DNA of 45,500 bases from Candidatus Peribacteraceae bacterium (GTDB lineage Bacteria > Patescibacteriota > Gracilibacteria > Peribacterales > Peribacteraceae), in NCBI GenBank assembly GCA_031973095.1, contig DALYDP010000001.1, forward strand, positions 1-45,500, read 5' to 3'. The position numbers and the translations under genes were made by a program. The notes under the pieces were generated by a model. The model was not told the origin of the DNA, ran no database searches, and was given only the letters and a program-made list of their open reading frames with translations. Within the stretch, counting starts at the first letter, position 1. Every line of letters begins with the position of its first letter. Shown here piece after piece: positions 1-8,841 of the stretch.

Positions 1-49
1 CGTCTCGGCGCGGCCGAGCCGCGACGGATAGTCCGTAGACGAAGCCGGG

Positions 50-1321
50 TCAGGCCTTGAACGGGCTCTTGTACGTTGCGGAGGATCCGAGCTCTTCCTC
101 GATGCGGAGGAGTTCGTTGTACTTGCAGATGCGGTCCGTGCGGGAGAGGGAACCGGTCTTGATCTGGCCCGTGCGGAGACCCACCGCAAGGTGCGCGATG
201 AAGGTGTCTTCCGTCTCGCCGGAGCGGTGCGAGGAGATGGCGGTCCAGCCGGCCTTCTGCGCCATCTGGATGGCGTCGACCGTTTCGGAGACCGAACCGA
301 TCTGATTCAACTTGATGAGGACGGAGTTGGCGGCTTTCGACTCGATGGCCTTCGTGATGAATTCGACGTTCGTGACGAGGAGGTCGTCGCCGACGATCTG
401 GACCTTCGAGCCCATCGTCTGGACCATGGACTGGAAGCCTTCCCAGTCGCTTTCGGCGTGGCTGTCCTCGATCGAGACGATCGGGTACTTGGCGCAGAGT
501 TCGCCGTAGTAGGCCGTGAGCTCGGCGGAGCTGAGGACCTTGCCGTCGATGTGGTACGCGCCGTCCTTGTAGAACTCGGACGCGGCGGCGTCGATCGCGA
601 GCTGCATCTTGCCCGTGTAGCCGGCTTTCTCGATCGCCTTCGTGAGCGTGCCGAACGCGTCGAAGCTGTTTTGGAGGTGCGGGGCGAAGCCGCCTTCGTC
701 GCCGACCGCGGTGACGTGGCCGCCTTCCTTGAGGATCGACTTGAGCGCGTGGAACGTTTCGGCGCCGGCGCGGAGGGCATCGGCGAAGGTGGAGAATCCC
801 GTCGGGACGATCATGCACTCCTGGAAGGAGAGTCCGCTGTCGGCGTGCGCGCCGCCATTGATGACGTTCATGAGCGGGGTCGGGAGCAGCGTGGCGTCCT
901 GCGTGCCGAAGTGGTCGGCGAGCGACTTCCAGAGCGGCTTCTTTTCCGAGATCGCGCGGGCGCGGGAGACAGCCATGGACACGCCGAGGATGGCGTTGGC
1001 TCCGAGATTCGCCTTGTTCGGCGTGCCGTCGAGGTCGAGCATCTTCTTGTCGATCGCGCGCTGGTCATTCGCTTCCTGACCAACGATCGCCGAGGCGATC
1101 GTCTGGTTTACATTCGAGACCGCCTTCAGAACAGATTTTCCAAGATAGTTCTGCTTATCGCCGTCGCGGAGCTCAAGGGCTTCGTGCGAACCGGTGGAAG
1201 CGCCGGAAGGAACGGCAGCGCGGCCGAAGGAGCCGTCGCTGAGCGTGCAGTCGACTTCGACCGTGGGGTTGCCGCGGGAGTCGAGGATTTGGCGGGCTTT
1301 GAGGGAAGCGATCGTGGGCAT
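50..1321 (-). CDS. eno: enolase (phosphopyruvate hydratase)
   Basis: 423-aa ORF. The N-terminus ([15 protein letters not shown]), the SGASTG motif and the full-length colinear sequence are all enolase-like. The 402-aa ORF on the opposite strand is an Arg/Gly/Asp-rich artefact. Confidence 0.97.
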   Translation of the reverse strand: MPTIASLKARQILDSRGNPTVEVDCTLSDGSFGRAAVPSGASTGSHEALELRDGDKQNYLGKSVLKAVSNVNQTIASAIVGQEANDQRAIDKKMLDLDGTPNKANLGANAILGVSMAVSRARAISEKKPLWKSLADHFGTQDATLLPTPLMNVINGGAHADSGLSFQECMIVPTGFSTFADALRAGAETFHALKSILKEGGHVTAVGDEGGFAPHLQNSFDAFGTLTKAIEKAGYTGKMQLAIDAAASEFYKDGAYHIDGKVLSSAELTAYYGELCAKYPIVSIEDSHAESDWEGFQSMVQTMGSKVQIVGDDLLVTNVEFITKAIESKAANSVLIKLNQIGSVSETVDAIQMAQKAGWTAISSHRSGETEDTFIAHLAVGLRTGQIKTGSLSRTDRICKYNELLRIEEELGSSATYKSPFKA

Positions 1322-1474
1322 GGTGAAAAGGAAGGAATGTACCCGTATGGCGTACCATCCGGCCGCTTTTTGAACAAGGGTGTAAGGAGGGGTTTTTGAA
1401 ATACGAGGAGGTAATTTCCGATTTCAGGTTCTTAGACCGTTGCATGGGGAGGTGGCGGAGCGTATAAGCGCGGC
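1322..1474. promoter_or_regulatory. divergent eno / adk-like intergenic promoter region
   Basis: TATAAG at 1463-1468 lies 6 nt before the TTG at 1475. TACATT (minus sense, 1336-1341) lies 14 nt before the eno ATG. There is no GGAGG-type Shine-Dalgarno before either start. Confidence 0.4.
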
Positions 1475-2173
1475 TTGTCTTCTTCCTGTATGACTATGAC
1501 TTCTCTTAATCAGCGGCTTATAGCTCAAGCGGATACGTTCTCGATGTTCGGGTTCCCGGGTGCGGGAAAAGAAACCGTCACGAAGCCGCTCATCGCTTCG
1601 CTGCAGGAAGTAGGCATCAAAACGACCGTCATGGAGGTGGGCGACATCGTGCGAAGCCATATCAGGCGGCTCACGGAATTCGGATGTTACGTGAAGACTT
1701 TGTCCAAAGGGGGACTTGTTCCGGATGGGCGGATCATCCCGGTTATTCAGGAGCGCATCGGTGAATTGGATACGGAGAGCGATTGGTTCTTGGACGGTTT
1801 TCCGCGCAGCGTCGCGCAGGTTCCGGCGTACGAAGGGGTAATCGAGAAGTATGGTCGAACGGATCTCATGATCTATTTGCAGCTCGATCCTGATCCGCAA
1901 ATCGAACGCGAGATTTCGGAAGGGCGCATGCGGTTGCGTGGTGAGCTTGCGATGGCCAATGGAAAAGCGCCCCGTGAAGACGATGTATCGCCGATTGCGC
2001 GCAAAAAGCGTTTGGAAGAATCCGCTGTTCTCTATGACGTGGCCGCGTGCTTGCGCGAGCAGAACAAAGTTATCGTGGTCGATGCATCGCGAGCGAAGGA
2101 TGTGGTGTGCAGGGAGATTTTTGATCTTTTCCAATTACATCGGGAAGTGAATGGTTCGAAGGTCAACGCGTGA
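1475..2173 (+). CDS. adk: adenylate kinase family protein (divergent)
   Basis: The P-loop GFPGAGKET and the GGLVPDG and DGFPR motifs are colinear with adenylate kinases. The TTG at 1475 fits the -10 plus 6 nt geometry. In-frame ATGs at 1490 and 1496 are alternative starts. Confidence 0.7.
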   Translation: MSSSCMTMTSLNQRLIAQADTFSMFGFPGAGKETVTKPLIASLQEVGIKTTVMEVGDIVRSHIRRLTEFGCYVKTLSKGGLVPDGRIIPVIQERIGELDTESDWFLDGFPRSVAQVPAYEGVIEKYGRTDLMIYLQLDPDPQIEREISEGRMRLRGELAMANGKAPREDDVSPIARKKRLEESAVLYDVAACLREQNKVIVVDASRAKDVVCREIFDLFQLHREVNGSKVNA

Positions 2174-2257
2174 GCACGAGGAAATGAAGCCGTTCATGGG
2201 CCTTTCGGCAAGATCAGGGTGACGGTATTTGAAATTGGAAGGAGAACCCTTGATTCG

Positions 2258-2349
2258 TCCTTACCATGGAGGTGCCGCTGCGGCGGCAGGGGTTTGTTTT
2301 CTCGTCGCTCTCCCGCGGCTGCGGGATCGCGGCACTGAGCTACGACGGC
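2258..2349 (-). pseudogene. tRNA-Thr-like 5' fragment carrying a 57-nt D-loop insertion
   Basis: The minus-sense sequence begins with GCCGTCGTAGCTCAGTG, identical to the first 17 nt of the tRNA at 3398-3472. A 57-nt insertion follows, then GCACCTCCATGGTAAGGA. Homology ends inside the anticodon stem, and there is no T-arm or 3' acceptor strand. Confidence 0.6.
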
Positions 2350-2357
2350 ATTCCTGG

Positions 2358-2380
2358 AACAAAAGAGCGGGCCTGCCCGC
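2358..2380 (-). terminator. hairpin plus T-tract (weak putative intrinsic terminator)
   Basis: Minus sense reads GCGGGCAGGCCCGC followed by TCTTTTGTT. It lies 3' of the methyltransferase ORF. The stem is short and the element is part of the repeat, so its function is uncertain. Confidence 0.3.
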
Positions 2381-2451
2381 CGAAGCCCGGAGGGCGAAGG
2401 TGGGCGGAGTGTACTAGGCCAGAGGGGGTCGGCGCCACGGTTTCCGGTCCT

Positions 2452-3120
2452 TTATCGAAGCCGCGCAGCGACGTGGTATCCCGAGGACAAAATGTTTGAT
2501 TCCCGGTTCGTCTGATGGATGTCGCCGTACTCCGCCGTGAGTACGTTTTTGAAGAGCAGTGTGAACTTGGCCAGCAGGAACCAAAACAGCTTGAAGGGCC
2601 TTTCGCCCAGCGTGGTGCACTGGAAGCCGAGCCGCTGGAAGAGGACGGCGAGTGTTTCGATCGTGTTCGTTTCTGCGGCCAGCTCGACGACGTCGAAATC
2701 CCGCAGCAGGTGGCGCAGGCCGTACGGCGTGTAGCGGAAGTAGTCGACCGGTGTTTCATGCAGCGGGTAGACGAAGCGCGTCGTGAGCAGCAGCAGGCCC
2801 CCTGGTTTCAGCACGCGGCGGATTTCGGCGATCGCTTTTTCGGGCGTGTGCAGGTGTTCGAGTACTTCGGTCAGTAGCACGACGTCGAACGCCGTCGCCG
2901 GCAGTGCCGAGAGGTCGTGCGCGTCCGCGACGTAATCGAGCGGGATGCCCGGGCGTTCCTTGGTGTCCACGGTCACGGCGTTCGGGAACATCGCGACGTA
3001 CGGTTTGTTGCCGCTGCCGATGTCGAGTGTTTTCGCGTCGGTCGCGTACTTCTTCAAGAACGCTTCCAGCCGCGGCCGGGTGATTTTCCGCGTGAGGCCG
3101 AGCGTGTCGACGAGCGCCAT
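2452..3120 (-). CDS. class I SAM-dependent methyltransferase
   Basis: 222-aa ORF with motif I LDIGSGN and the LTEVLEHL...VLKPGGLLLLTT pattern typical of Methyltransf_11-type enzymes. TAACAT (3127-3132, minus sense, preceded by TGg) lies 6 nt before the ATG. Confidence 0.85.
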   Translation of the reverse strand: MALVDTLGLTRKITRPRLEAFLKKYATDAKTLDIGSGNKPYVAMFPNAVTVDTKERPGIPLDYVADAHDLSALPATAFDVVLLTEVLEHLHTPEKAIAEIRRVLKPGGLLLLTTRFVYPLHETPVDYFRYTPYGLRHLLRDFDVVELAAETNTIETLAVLFQRLGFQCTTLGERPFKLFWFLLAKFTLLFKNVLTAEYGDIHQTNRESNILSSGYHVAARLR

Positions 3121-3177
3121 GCCGGTATGTTACCAGACGTCGCGTGAAATGGATCCGTCCGTGCGCATTGGGTACGC

Positions 3178-3200
3178 AAGGAAACGAGCCCGCGTCGGGC
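3178..3200 (-). terminator. putative terminator downstream of the tRNA-Thr copies
   Basis: Minus sense reads GCCCGACGCGGGC (5-bp stem) followed by TCGTTTCCTT. The stem is short, so confidence is low. Confidence 0.3.
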
Positions 3201-3234
3201 AAGCGGGTTGGAGGCGTGGAATACGGAGAGGGGA

Positions 3235-3378
3235 TGGAGCCGTCGACCAGGATTGAATGGTTCGGCGTAGCTCACCACCGACCACCTCCTTACCATGGAG
3301 GTGCCGCTGCGGCGGCAGGGGTTTGTTTTCTCGTCGCTCTCCCGCGGCTGCGGGATCGCGGCACTGAGCTACGACGGC
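3235..3378 (-). pseudogene. tRNA-Thr-like gene with a 57-nt D-loop insertion and a replaced T-stem strand
   Basis: The acceptor strands, anticodon arm (GGU) and T-loop/3' end match 3398-3472. GTAGA of the D-arm is replaced by 57 nt (3305-3361). The variable-loop C plus the 5' T-stem strand (CGCCAG) are replaced by 23 nt (3258-3280). Neither the D-stem nor the T-stem can form canonically. Confidence 0.55.
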
Positions 3379-3397
3379 GTTATCGATGGATGCGAGA

Positions 3398-3472
3398 TGG
3401 AGCCGTCGACCAGGATTGAACTGGCGACCACCTCCTTACCATGGAGGTGCTCTACCACTGAGCTACGACGGC
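3398..3472 (-). tRNA. tRNA-Thr (anticodon GGU), CCA encoded
   Basis: I folded this 75-nt sequence by hand. It has a perfect 7-bp acceptor stem, the D-arm GCUC/GAGC and the anticodon stem CCUCC/GGAGG with loop AUGGUAA (U33, A37). The T-arm is GCCAG/CUGGU with loop UUCAAUC, followed by discriminator U and CCA. Confidence 0.92.
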
Positions 3473-3568
3473 ATTCCTGGAACAAAAGAGCGGGCCTGCC
3501 CGCCGAAGCTCGGAGGGCGAAGGTGGGCGGAGTGTACTAGGCCGAGGGGGTCGGCGCCACGGTTTCCG
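3433..3568. repeat. direct repeat copy C (insertion-free counterpart of 2258-2446)
   Basis: Covers the tRNA-Thr 5' part, the hairpin, a TACACT element and the last roughly 10 codons of sufU. Confidence 0.85.
3481..3503 (-). terminator. hairpin plus T-tract between sufU and tRNA-Thr
   Basis: Same GCGGGCAGGCCCGC-TCTTTTGTT element as at 2358-2380. It could terminate sufU or be a processed tRNA leader. Confidence 0.3.
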
Positions 3569-3950
3569 ACCAGGATTGCGGGGGAAGAGCTTTTTGCAAC
3601 CGGAGGGTGTTTAGGAGCGTATGGAGGCCGAGAAGGGCACATTTCAGGCGTCGCTCGCTTACCGGGACCCCGAGGAGGGCAAGGACATCGTCCTTGGTCA
3701 ACTTCAACGCATCGTCGATCGGCATGCCCATCAGCTTCTCCGAAAGGAGCGACATTCCCGCTTGGCTAATGGCGCATCCGTCACCGTGCCATCCGACGTT
3801 GCGTATGATGCCGTCCTCGATGAGTTGTAACCGCACGCGGTCGCCGCAGCTGAGGTTCACTTCCTCGTGTTCGCACGTGGCCCCGTCGATCGGCACGGCG
3901 TGACGCGGGTGCTTGTAGTGGTCGAGGATTTGGTCGGCGTAGAGGTCCAT
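3537..3950 (-). CDS. sufU: SUF Fe-S cluster assembly scaffold SufU (NifU/IscU-like)
   Basis: Conserved Cys motifs NLSCGD, GDGCAIS and RLKCALLG are present. The ORF is open to a GTG at 4034, but the ATG at 3950 (MDLYADQILDHY) gives the usual length of about 137 aa. Confidence 0.85.
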   Translation of the reverse strand: MDLYADQILDHYKHPRHAVPIDGATCEHEEVNLSCGDRVRLQLIEDGIIRNVGWHGDGCAISQAGMSLLSEKLMGMPIDDALKLTKDDVLALLGVPVSERRLKCALLGLHTLLNTLRLQKALPPQSWSETVAPTPSA

Positions 3951-4048
3951 GTGAGTAGCGGGTAGCAACGAGCGTGTGGCGGATGCGACGAGCGAGTAGT
4001 GGGTAGTAGTAGATGACATTGTGCTATCCGCCACGCGCTACCCGCTCA

Positions 4049-5290
4049 TTATCGAAGGAGAATTTTTCGTGCCTGGAGAATTGCTGGTTTCAGCATTCGT
4101 ATGTCTTCTTCGTTCGTGTAGAGCCCGATAGACGCGCGGACGGATGCTTCGATGCCGAGCGCGGCGTGGAGCGGCTGCGCGCAATGGTGACCCGCGCGCA
4201 CGCAGACGCCGGCATCACCGAGGATCTGCGCCGCGTCGTGCGGATGGACGTCCTCGATCGTGAATGATACGCAGCCGAAGGCCGATGAGTCGCAGGACCT
4301 GCCCGCCAAAGCCTTGGCGCCGGCGGGGCCGAGGATACGCAGGCCATCCACGGAGCGGAGTTCTTGCAACAGTAATTCCATCATTGCGGCTTCGTGCGCG
4401 ATCCGGTCTTCCCACGGGATGGTCGCTTGCCACGCGAGCGCGGCGGACCATCCGATGGCAGGAACTATCGGGGGCGTGCCCGCTTCGAACCGCGCGGCGT
4501 CGTCCGCCGGCATGAAGCCGTCGTCGTGGACATCGCGCACCATGCCGCCGCCTGTGAGGAACGGGGGCATGGAAGCAAGGACATCTGTTTTTCCATAGAG
4601 GGCGCCGACGCCCGTGGGGCCGTACGTTTTGTGGCTACTCAACGCGAGCAGATCGCAATCGAGTTCCTTCACGTCGATCCGCGCATGGGCAGCGAGTTGT
4701 GCGGCATCCACGCACGCGAGGGCGCCGTGTTTCTTTGCGAGGGCGATGAGTTTTTTCAGGTCAGGGCGCGTGCCGAGCACGTTGCTTTGACCGGTGACAG
4801 CGAGCAGGCGCACGCGGCCGTCATGGAACGCCGCATCCACGTCTTCTTGTTGCAACGTGCCGTCAGGGTTGATGCCGATCCACCGGACGGCGATGCCACG
4901 GGCCGTGGCCGCTTGCAGCCAAGGGAGCGCGTTGCTGTGGTGTTCGAGACGGGTGATCGCGATCGCGTCGTCTTCGCCCCAGCGTTCCGAGAGCGTGCGG
5001 GCGGCGAGGTTCAGCGCTTCCGTCGCGTTTTTCGTGAAGATGATTTCCCGCGGCGACGCGTTCAGGAAATCGGCCACCGTCGAGCGTGCTTTTTCGTAGA
5101 GGGTCGTCGCATCGTCGGCAAGCGCATGAAGCCCGCGATGCACGTTGCCCAGGCCGGAGCGCATCGCGCGTTCCATCGCCTCGATGGCGGGTGCGGGCAT
5201 CTGCGTGGCCGCCGCGGAATCGAGGTACGCGATGCCCGGGCGCAACGCCAGGAACGGAAACTGCCGGCGGACGGACGCGTCGAGCCCCAT
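4049..5290 (-). CDS. sufS: cysteine desulfurase SufS (class V aminotransferase)
   Basis: Carries the PLP-lysine motif SSHKTYGP and the catalytic motif RAGHHCAQP. I chose the internal ATG at 5290 (MGLDASVRRQFPF) because TATACT (5300-5305, minus sense) precedes it. That start also avoids overlap with the divergent gene; the ORF is open to 5389. Confidence 0.9.
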   Translation of the reverse strand: MGLDASVRRQFPFLALRPGIAYLDSAAATQMPAPAIEAMERAMRSGLGNVHRGLHALADDATTLYEKARSTVADFLNASPREIIFTKNATEALNLAARTLSERWGEDDAIAITRLEHHSNALPWLQAATARGIAVRWIGINPDGTLQQEDVDAAFHDGRVRLLAVTGQSNVLGTRPDLKKLIALAKKHGALACVDAAQLAAHARIDVKELDCDLLALSSHKTYGPTGVGALYGKTDVLASMPPFLTGGGMVRDVHDDGFMPADDAARFEAGTPPIVPAIGWSAALAWQATIPWEDRIAHEAAMMELLLQELRSVDGLRILGPAGAKALAGRSCDSSAFGCVSFTIEDVHPHDAAQILGDAGVCVRAGHHCAQPLHAALGIEASVRASIGLYTNEEDIRMLKPAILQARKILLR

Positions 5291-5371
5291 GGACGGCCCA
5301 GTATAGGCCAATTCTTGGTGGGCAAGCCACCCGCCACGGGCTACAATTCCGCACGTTTTCTTCCCTTCCGA
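5291..5371. promoter_or_regulatory. divergent promoter region between sufS and the large membrane protein
   Basis: TATACT (minus sense, 5300-5305) lies 9 nt before the sufS ATG. TACAAT (plus strand, 5342-5347) lies 24 nt before the ATG at 5372. Confidence 0.45.
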
Positions 5372-8182
5372 ATGAACGAATCCACGCAACGCATCCTTGG
5401 TCGTATCCTGCTCGTCGGGCTCATCCTATGGGGCGGTTATACCGTTATCGCGTACTTCGCGGTACCCGTGCACCAGTCCGCCATGCTTAATGACGCGGGG
5501 CGGAGGTTCGTCGAATCCGCATGCCAAGGCCGCGGTGAGCTTTGCAACGGCATCGCTACGGTGCCGGCAACGTTCTTTTCGGCGCTCTCTTCGCTTTCCG
5601 CATTCGCGGTCTACATTTTCCTGAGCCTCATCCTTCTCGGGGCGTTCGTCGCCCGTACGTTCCTGCGCGAAGAACGGTGGGCGCTCCAGGTGCGTTTGTC
5701 GCCCCTCATCGTCGTGGGATTATTCATTCTGTCGTCGTGGGCGCTTTTGACCGGTATGTCGTTTAGCAGCAACGGAGGACTTCCCATGAACCGCGTGATC
5801 GAACCTACCGCCTCGGTGTATCCGGACGTCGGGGTCGAGGGGCTTGCCGACTTGCGCGAGAATTTCGACGCGCTTCAGGAACGGGGATGTCTTTCGCCGA
5901 TCGGGGCGACCGTCAGTGGCGCACAGGCGTATAATTACCGCTTCTCCTGCCTCCAAGTGGGGTTCGTAACGCGTGTGCTGACGCAGATACTCGTCTTGCT
6001 GCTCCTGATGTTCAACGTGTTGATCCTGGGTCGTGCCGCGTTGCACGGACTGCGTCTCAAGGACTTCGCCCCGTTGGCGGAGGGTGTGTTCAGCGCGGGT
6101 CTCGGTTCATGTCTCTTCATCGCGATGTTGTGGACCATCGCCATGACCGGCTTCTACACCGCCGCGGTCGGCTGGGGATTGCTCGTGGTCATCCCGGCTG
6201 CCGGATTCGTGCATAGCCGTTATTGGGTCAAGACGTTGTGGTCCGAGCGTTGTGATGTCGACCTCAAGCCGTGGGACTTGCGTCTCGTCGTGGCGTGGAT
6301 CTTGCTTTCGTACCTCGCGTTCAACTTTCTCAACGTCGTGCGTCCGTTCCCGATCGGGTGGGATGACCTCGGCAGGTATTTGAATCAACCGAGGTTGCTC
6401 GTGAGCTACGGCTCGTTCATTCCCACGCTCTCCACGTTCAGTTGGGAATACGCCACGTCCGTCGGCTTCCTGCTCTTCGGGTACGACAGCATCTTCGGCG
6501 CCACGCTCTCCATGCTCATCAACTGGAGCGCAGGCCTGCTCGCGGTCTTGTCGGTCGTGCTCTTCGGCCGCGCGTACATGGGCGAGGGCCGCGGCGTTCT
6601 TTCCGCGCTGCTCTACTACAGCCTGCCGATGGTGGGCCACTTCTCCTTCGCGGACATGAAGGTCGATAACGCGATCTTCGCCATCGGCACGCTGTCGCTT
6701 TTGGCGGTGTTCATCGCCGTGGCGCCCCCGGATGCGGGTGAAGATGATGACGGAGAAATCGGCGCCTCCGCGTTGTGGTTGATCGCCTTGGCGGGACTCC
6801 TCTCCGGATTCGTGTTCGGCATGAAGCCCACCGCCATCATGGTGACGATGGGTGCCGGCGCGGTGATGTTCGGTGCGCGTCTCGGGTGGGCGGGCATGCT
6901 CGGCACGATGTTCCTCGCGTTCGCGGTGTTCGTGAAACAAGGTGTTTTACGCATCGCGGAGGTGTCAGGGAAGGTGTTCGGCGATACGCAGTTTCTCTCG
7001 GCAACGCCCTTGTTCGTCGTCTTGGTCATCATCGGACTGTGCCTCATCGCGTTCGCGTGCCGCGATAAAGTCGCTTTCCTTAAGTCTCTTTCCCTCCGCG
7101 TCGGCGTGTTTATCCTCGGGTTCGTCGTCGCCATCCTTCCGTGGATCGTGGCGAATAATGCGTCCTATGGGCGCGCCCCCTTGCGCTTGGAGCTTTCGTA
7201 TGCGAACACCCTTTTGCCGTCGATCATCATCGACGGCAGTCCTGTCGATCCTCATGTTGATACCGTACGGTCGTTGCCGCCCGAATTGCAGGTCGATTCG
7301 AAAAACGCAGCGTGCGTTTCGACATCGAAGGCCGAAGAGCTCGACCGGTATTGGGGCAACTACCAGGGCATCGGCCATTATGCCGGATTGCCGTGGCGTG
7401 CCGTCATGAACATCGATACGTACGGGTATTACGTCACGCTGTTCCCGGGACTCTTGCTCGTCCCCCTCCTGCTTCTCGTGCCGTATTTCTGGACGCGCCG
7501 GGGCGCGTGGTCGCGCCTACTCCTCGGTTCCACCATCTTCATGGTCGTCGAGTGGACGTTCCTCGCCAACGGTATCGTGTGGTACGGCGTCGGCATGTTC
7601 CTCGGCCTCGTGATCCTCATGGAAGCGCTGGCCGTCTTTTCACCCACCGCCGCCACGCGCCGCACGGCCGGGGTGTTGATCGCGTTGTCGTTGCTCACCG
7701 CGTTCGCACACCGCATGTGGCAGTTTGACATGATGCAGAACATCTTCGAGTACCCGATGGGTAAGGTGGCTGCCTCCACGATGGAGGAGAGGACCATTCC
7801 GCATTACGACGACATTCGCGACGCCATCGAGGAGCGCCGCGTGGCCGCGCCCGACCGTCCGTACGTGTACCGCATGGGTACGTTCATTCCGTACTTCATC
7901 CCGCGCAATTTCGAGGTGTTGCCGCTCGCCGATAACCAGCTCGACATGTTCAATTGCCTCTACCAGGAGCGTGATGCCGCGCTCACGCTCAAGCGCCTCC
8001 AGACGCTCGGGTTCAACAGCATGATCTTCGATCTCAACACGCACACGATCGAAAAGGATCCGAACGGAAGCCTGCACAAGAAGGTCCAGGCGTTCGTGGA
8101 TTTCGTGAACACGCCCGATCTCGGTATTCAAATCGTCGTGAACGACCCCGGAGCGGGCATTGCTTTCATCCTCTTGCCATGA
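5372..8182 (+). CDS. large polytopic membrane protein with a C-terminal soluble domain, putative GT-C-type glycosyltransferase
   Basis: 936 aa counted from MNESTQRILG, with many hydrophobic helices. The listed 1262-aa ORF is extended 5' by translation antisense to sufS. Its stop overlaps the start of the next gene (a GT2) as ATGA. The function is inferred from architecture and context only. Confidence 0.75.
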   Translation: MNESTQRILGRILLVGLILWGGYTVIAYFAVPVHQSAMLNDAGRRFVESACQGRGELCNGIATVPATFFSALSSLSAFAVYIFLSLILLGAFVARTFLREERWALQVRLSPLIVVGLFILSSWALLTGMSFSSNGGLPMNRVIEPTASVYPDVGVEGLADLRENFDALQERGCLSPIGATVSGAQAYNYRFSCLQVGFVTRVLTQILVLLLLMFNVLILGRAALHGLRLKDFAPLAEGVFSAGLGSCLFIAMLWTIAMTGFYTAAVGWGLLVVIPAAGFVHSRYWVKTLWSERCDVDLKPWDLRLVVAWILLSYLAFNFLNVVRPFPIGWDDLGRYLNQPRLLVSYGSFIPTLSTFSWEYATSVGFLLFGYDSIFGATLSMLINWSAGLLAVLSVVLFGRAYMGEGRGVLSALLYYSLPMVGHFSFADMKVDNAIFAIGTLSLLAVFIAVAPPDAGEDDDGEIGASALWLIALAGLLSGFVFGMKPTAIMVTMGAGAVMFGARLGWAGMLGTMFLAFAVFVKQGVLRIAEVSGKVFGDTQFLSATPLFVVLVIIGLCLIAFACRDKVAFLKSLSLRVGVFILGFVVAILPWIVANNASYGRAPLRLELSYANTLLPSIIIDGSPVDPHVDTVRSLPPELQVDSKNAACVSTSKAEELDRYWGNYQGIGHYAGLPWRAVMNIDTYGYYVTLFPGLLLVPLLLLVPYFWTRRGAWSRLLLGSTIFMVVEWTFLANGIVWYGVGMFLGLVILMEALAVFSPTAATRRTAGVLIALSLLTAFAHRMWQFDMMQNIFEYPMGKVAASTMEERTIPHYDDIRDAIEERRVAAPDRPYVYRMGTFIPYFIPRNFEVLPLADNQLDMFNCLYQERDAALTLKRLQTLGFNSMIFDLNTHTIEKDPNGSLHKKVQAFVDFVNTPDLGIQIVVNDPGAGIAFILLP

Positions 8183-8841
8183 ACATTGCGGTCATTCCGG
8201 CGCTCAACGAAGCCACGCGTATCGATGCGGTGGTGAAGGCCGCGTTGCCCCACGTGGACCGCGTGATCGTGGTCGACGACTGTTCGAAGGACGGCACGGG
8301 GGACGTCGCGCGCGCGACGGGGGCGTTCGTCGTGCGACATCCCGAGAATTGCGGCGCGGGTGCCGCGACGATGACGGGTATCGAAGCGGCCCGTCGCATG
8401 GGGGCGACGGCGATCGTCACGCTCGACGCGGATGAGCAGCACGATCCCAGGGAAATCCCGGCCCTCCTCGCCGCGCTCGCGACGGACGTCGACATCGTGT
8501 TCGCCAACCGTTTCGGGCAAAAGAACAAAATCCCGTTCGTCCGGCGCGTGTTCAATGCGCTCGGCAACCTCGTGACGCTCGTCGCCACGGGCATGTGGGT
8601 GAGCGACAGCCAGTGCGGCTTCAAAGCGTTCGGGCACCGCGCGGTCCGCGAGATCGACCTGCGCATGAGCGGATTCGAGTTTTGTACCGAAATCGTCCGC
8701 GAATGCGTGCGGCGCAAATGGACGTATGCTCAGGTGCCGGTGAAAGTGCTCTACTCCGAATACACATTGGCCAAAGGCCAGTCGTTCGCCAACGGCGTGA
8801 AGACCGCGCTTAAAATTCTGCTACGATCCTTCTTGCGATGA
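8179..8841 (+). CDS. glycosyltransferase family 2 (polyprenyl-phosphate sugar synthase-like)
   Basis: Has IPALNE, VVDDCSKDGT, the DAD motif in TLDADEQHD, and GFKAF. ATGA overlaps link it to both neighbouring genes. Confidence 0.9.
   Translation: MNIAVIPALNEATRIDAVVKAALPHVDRVIVVDDCSKDGTGDVARATGAFVVRHPENCGAGAATMTGIEAARRMGATAIVTLDADEQHDPREIPALLAALATDVDIVFANRFGQKNKIPFVRRVFNALGNLVTLVATGMWVSDSQCGFKAFGHRAVREIDLRMSGFEFCTEIVRECVRRKWTYAQVPVKVLYSEYTLAKGQSFANGVKTALKILLRSFLR

Larger units (their letters stand above)
2258..2446. repeat. direct repeat copy A (tRNA-Thr 5' part plus about 95 bp of its upstream flank)
   Basis: Aligns by eye to 3433-3568 with 1 substitution and 1 single-base indel. The only other difference is the 57-nt insertion, which replaces 5 nt. 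Confidence 0.85.

Noticed and set aside
191-1399. 402-aa ORF antisense to enolase, plus several smaller overlapping ORFs.
   Set aside because: The composition is Arg/Gly/Asp/Val-rich with no motifs. It fully overlaps an unambiguous enolase gene. This is the typical stop-codon-poor antisense frame of GC-rich DNA.
3481-3536. Assigning the hairpin/T-tract firmly as the sufU terminator and TACACT at 3531-3536 firmly as the tRNA-Thr promoter.
   Set aside because: The two calls conflict, because a promoter upstream of a terminator would abort before reaching the tRNA. The stem is only 5-6 bp. I reported the hairpin at low confidence and left the transcript architecture open.
2258-3568. Whether the repeated units could be a CRISPR array, or att sites of an integrated mobile element.
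   Set aside because: There are only two or three copies of 91-189 bp, of unequal content, all tRNA-derived, with no short regular spacers and no cas genes. No integrase, excisionase or transposase lies between or next to them. I kept the structure as a repeat and rearrangement finding only.
2229-3769. ORFs 2229-2417, 2266-2499, 3144-3419, 3295-3540 and 3386-3769, some of which share the identical peptide MEVPLRRQGFVFSSLSRGCGIAALSYDG.
   Set aside because: They are translations of the opposite strand of the tRNA-Thr gene, its degenerate copies and the repeat. The shared peptide only reflects the DNA repeat.
4394-5371. The first 326 codons of the listed 1262-aa ORF.
   Set aside because: This part is antisense to sufS and Arg/Gly-rich. 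The real membrane protein begins at the in-frame ATG at 5372, downstream of a TACAAT element.
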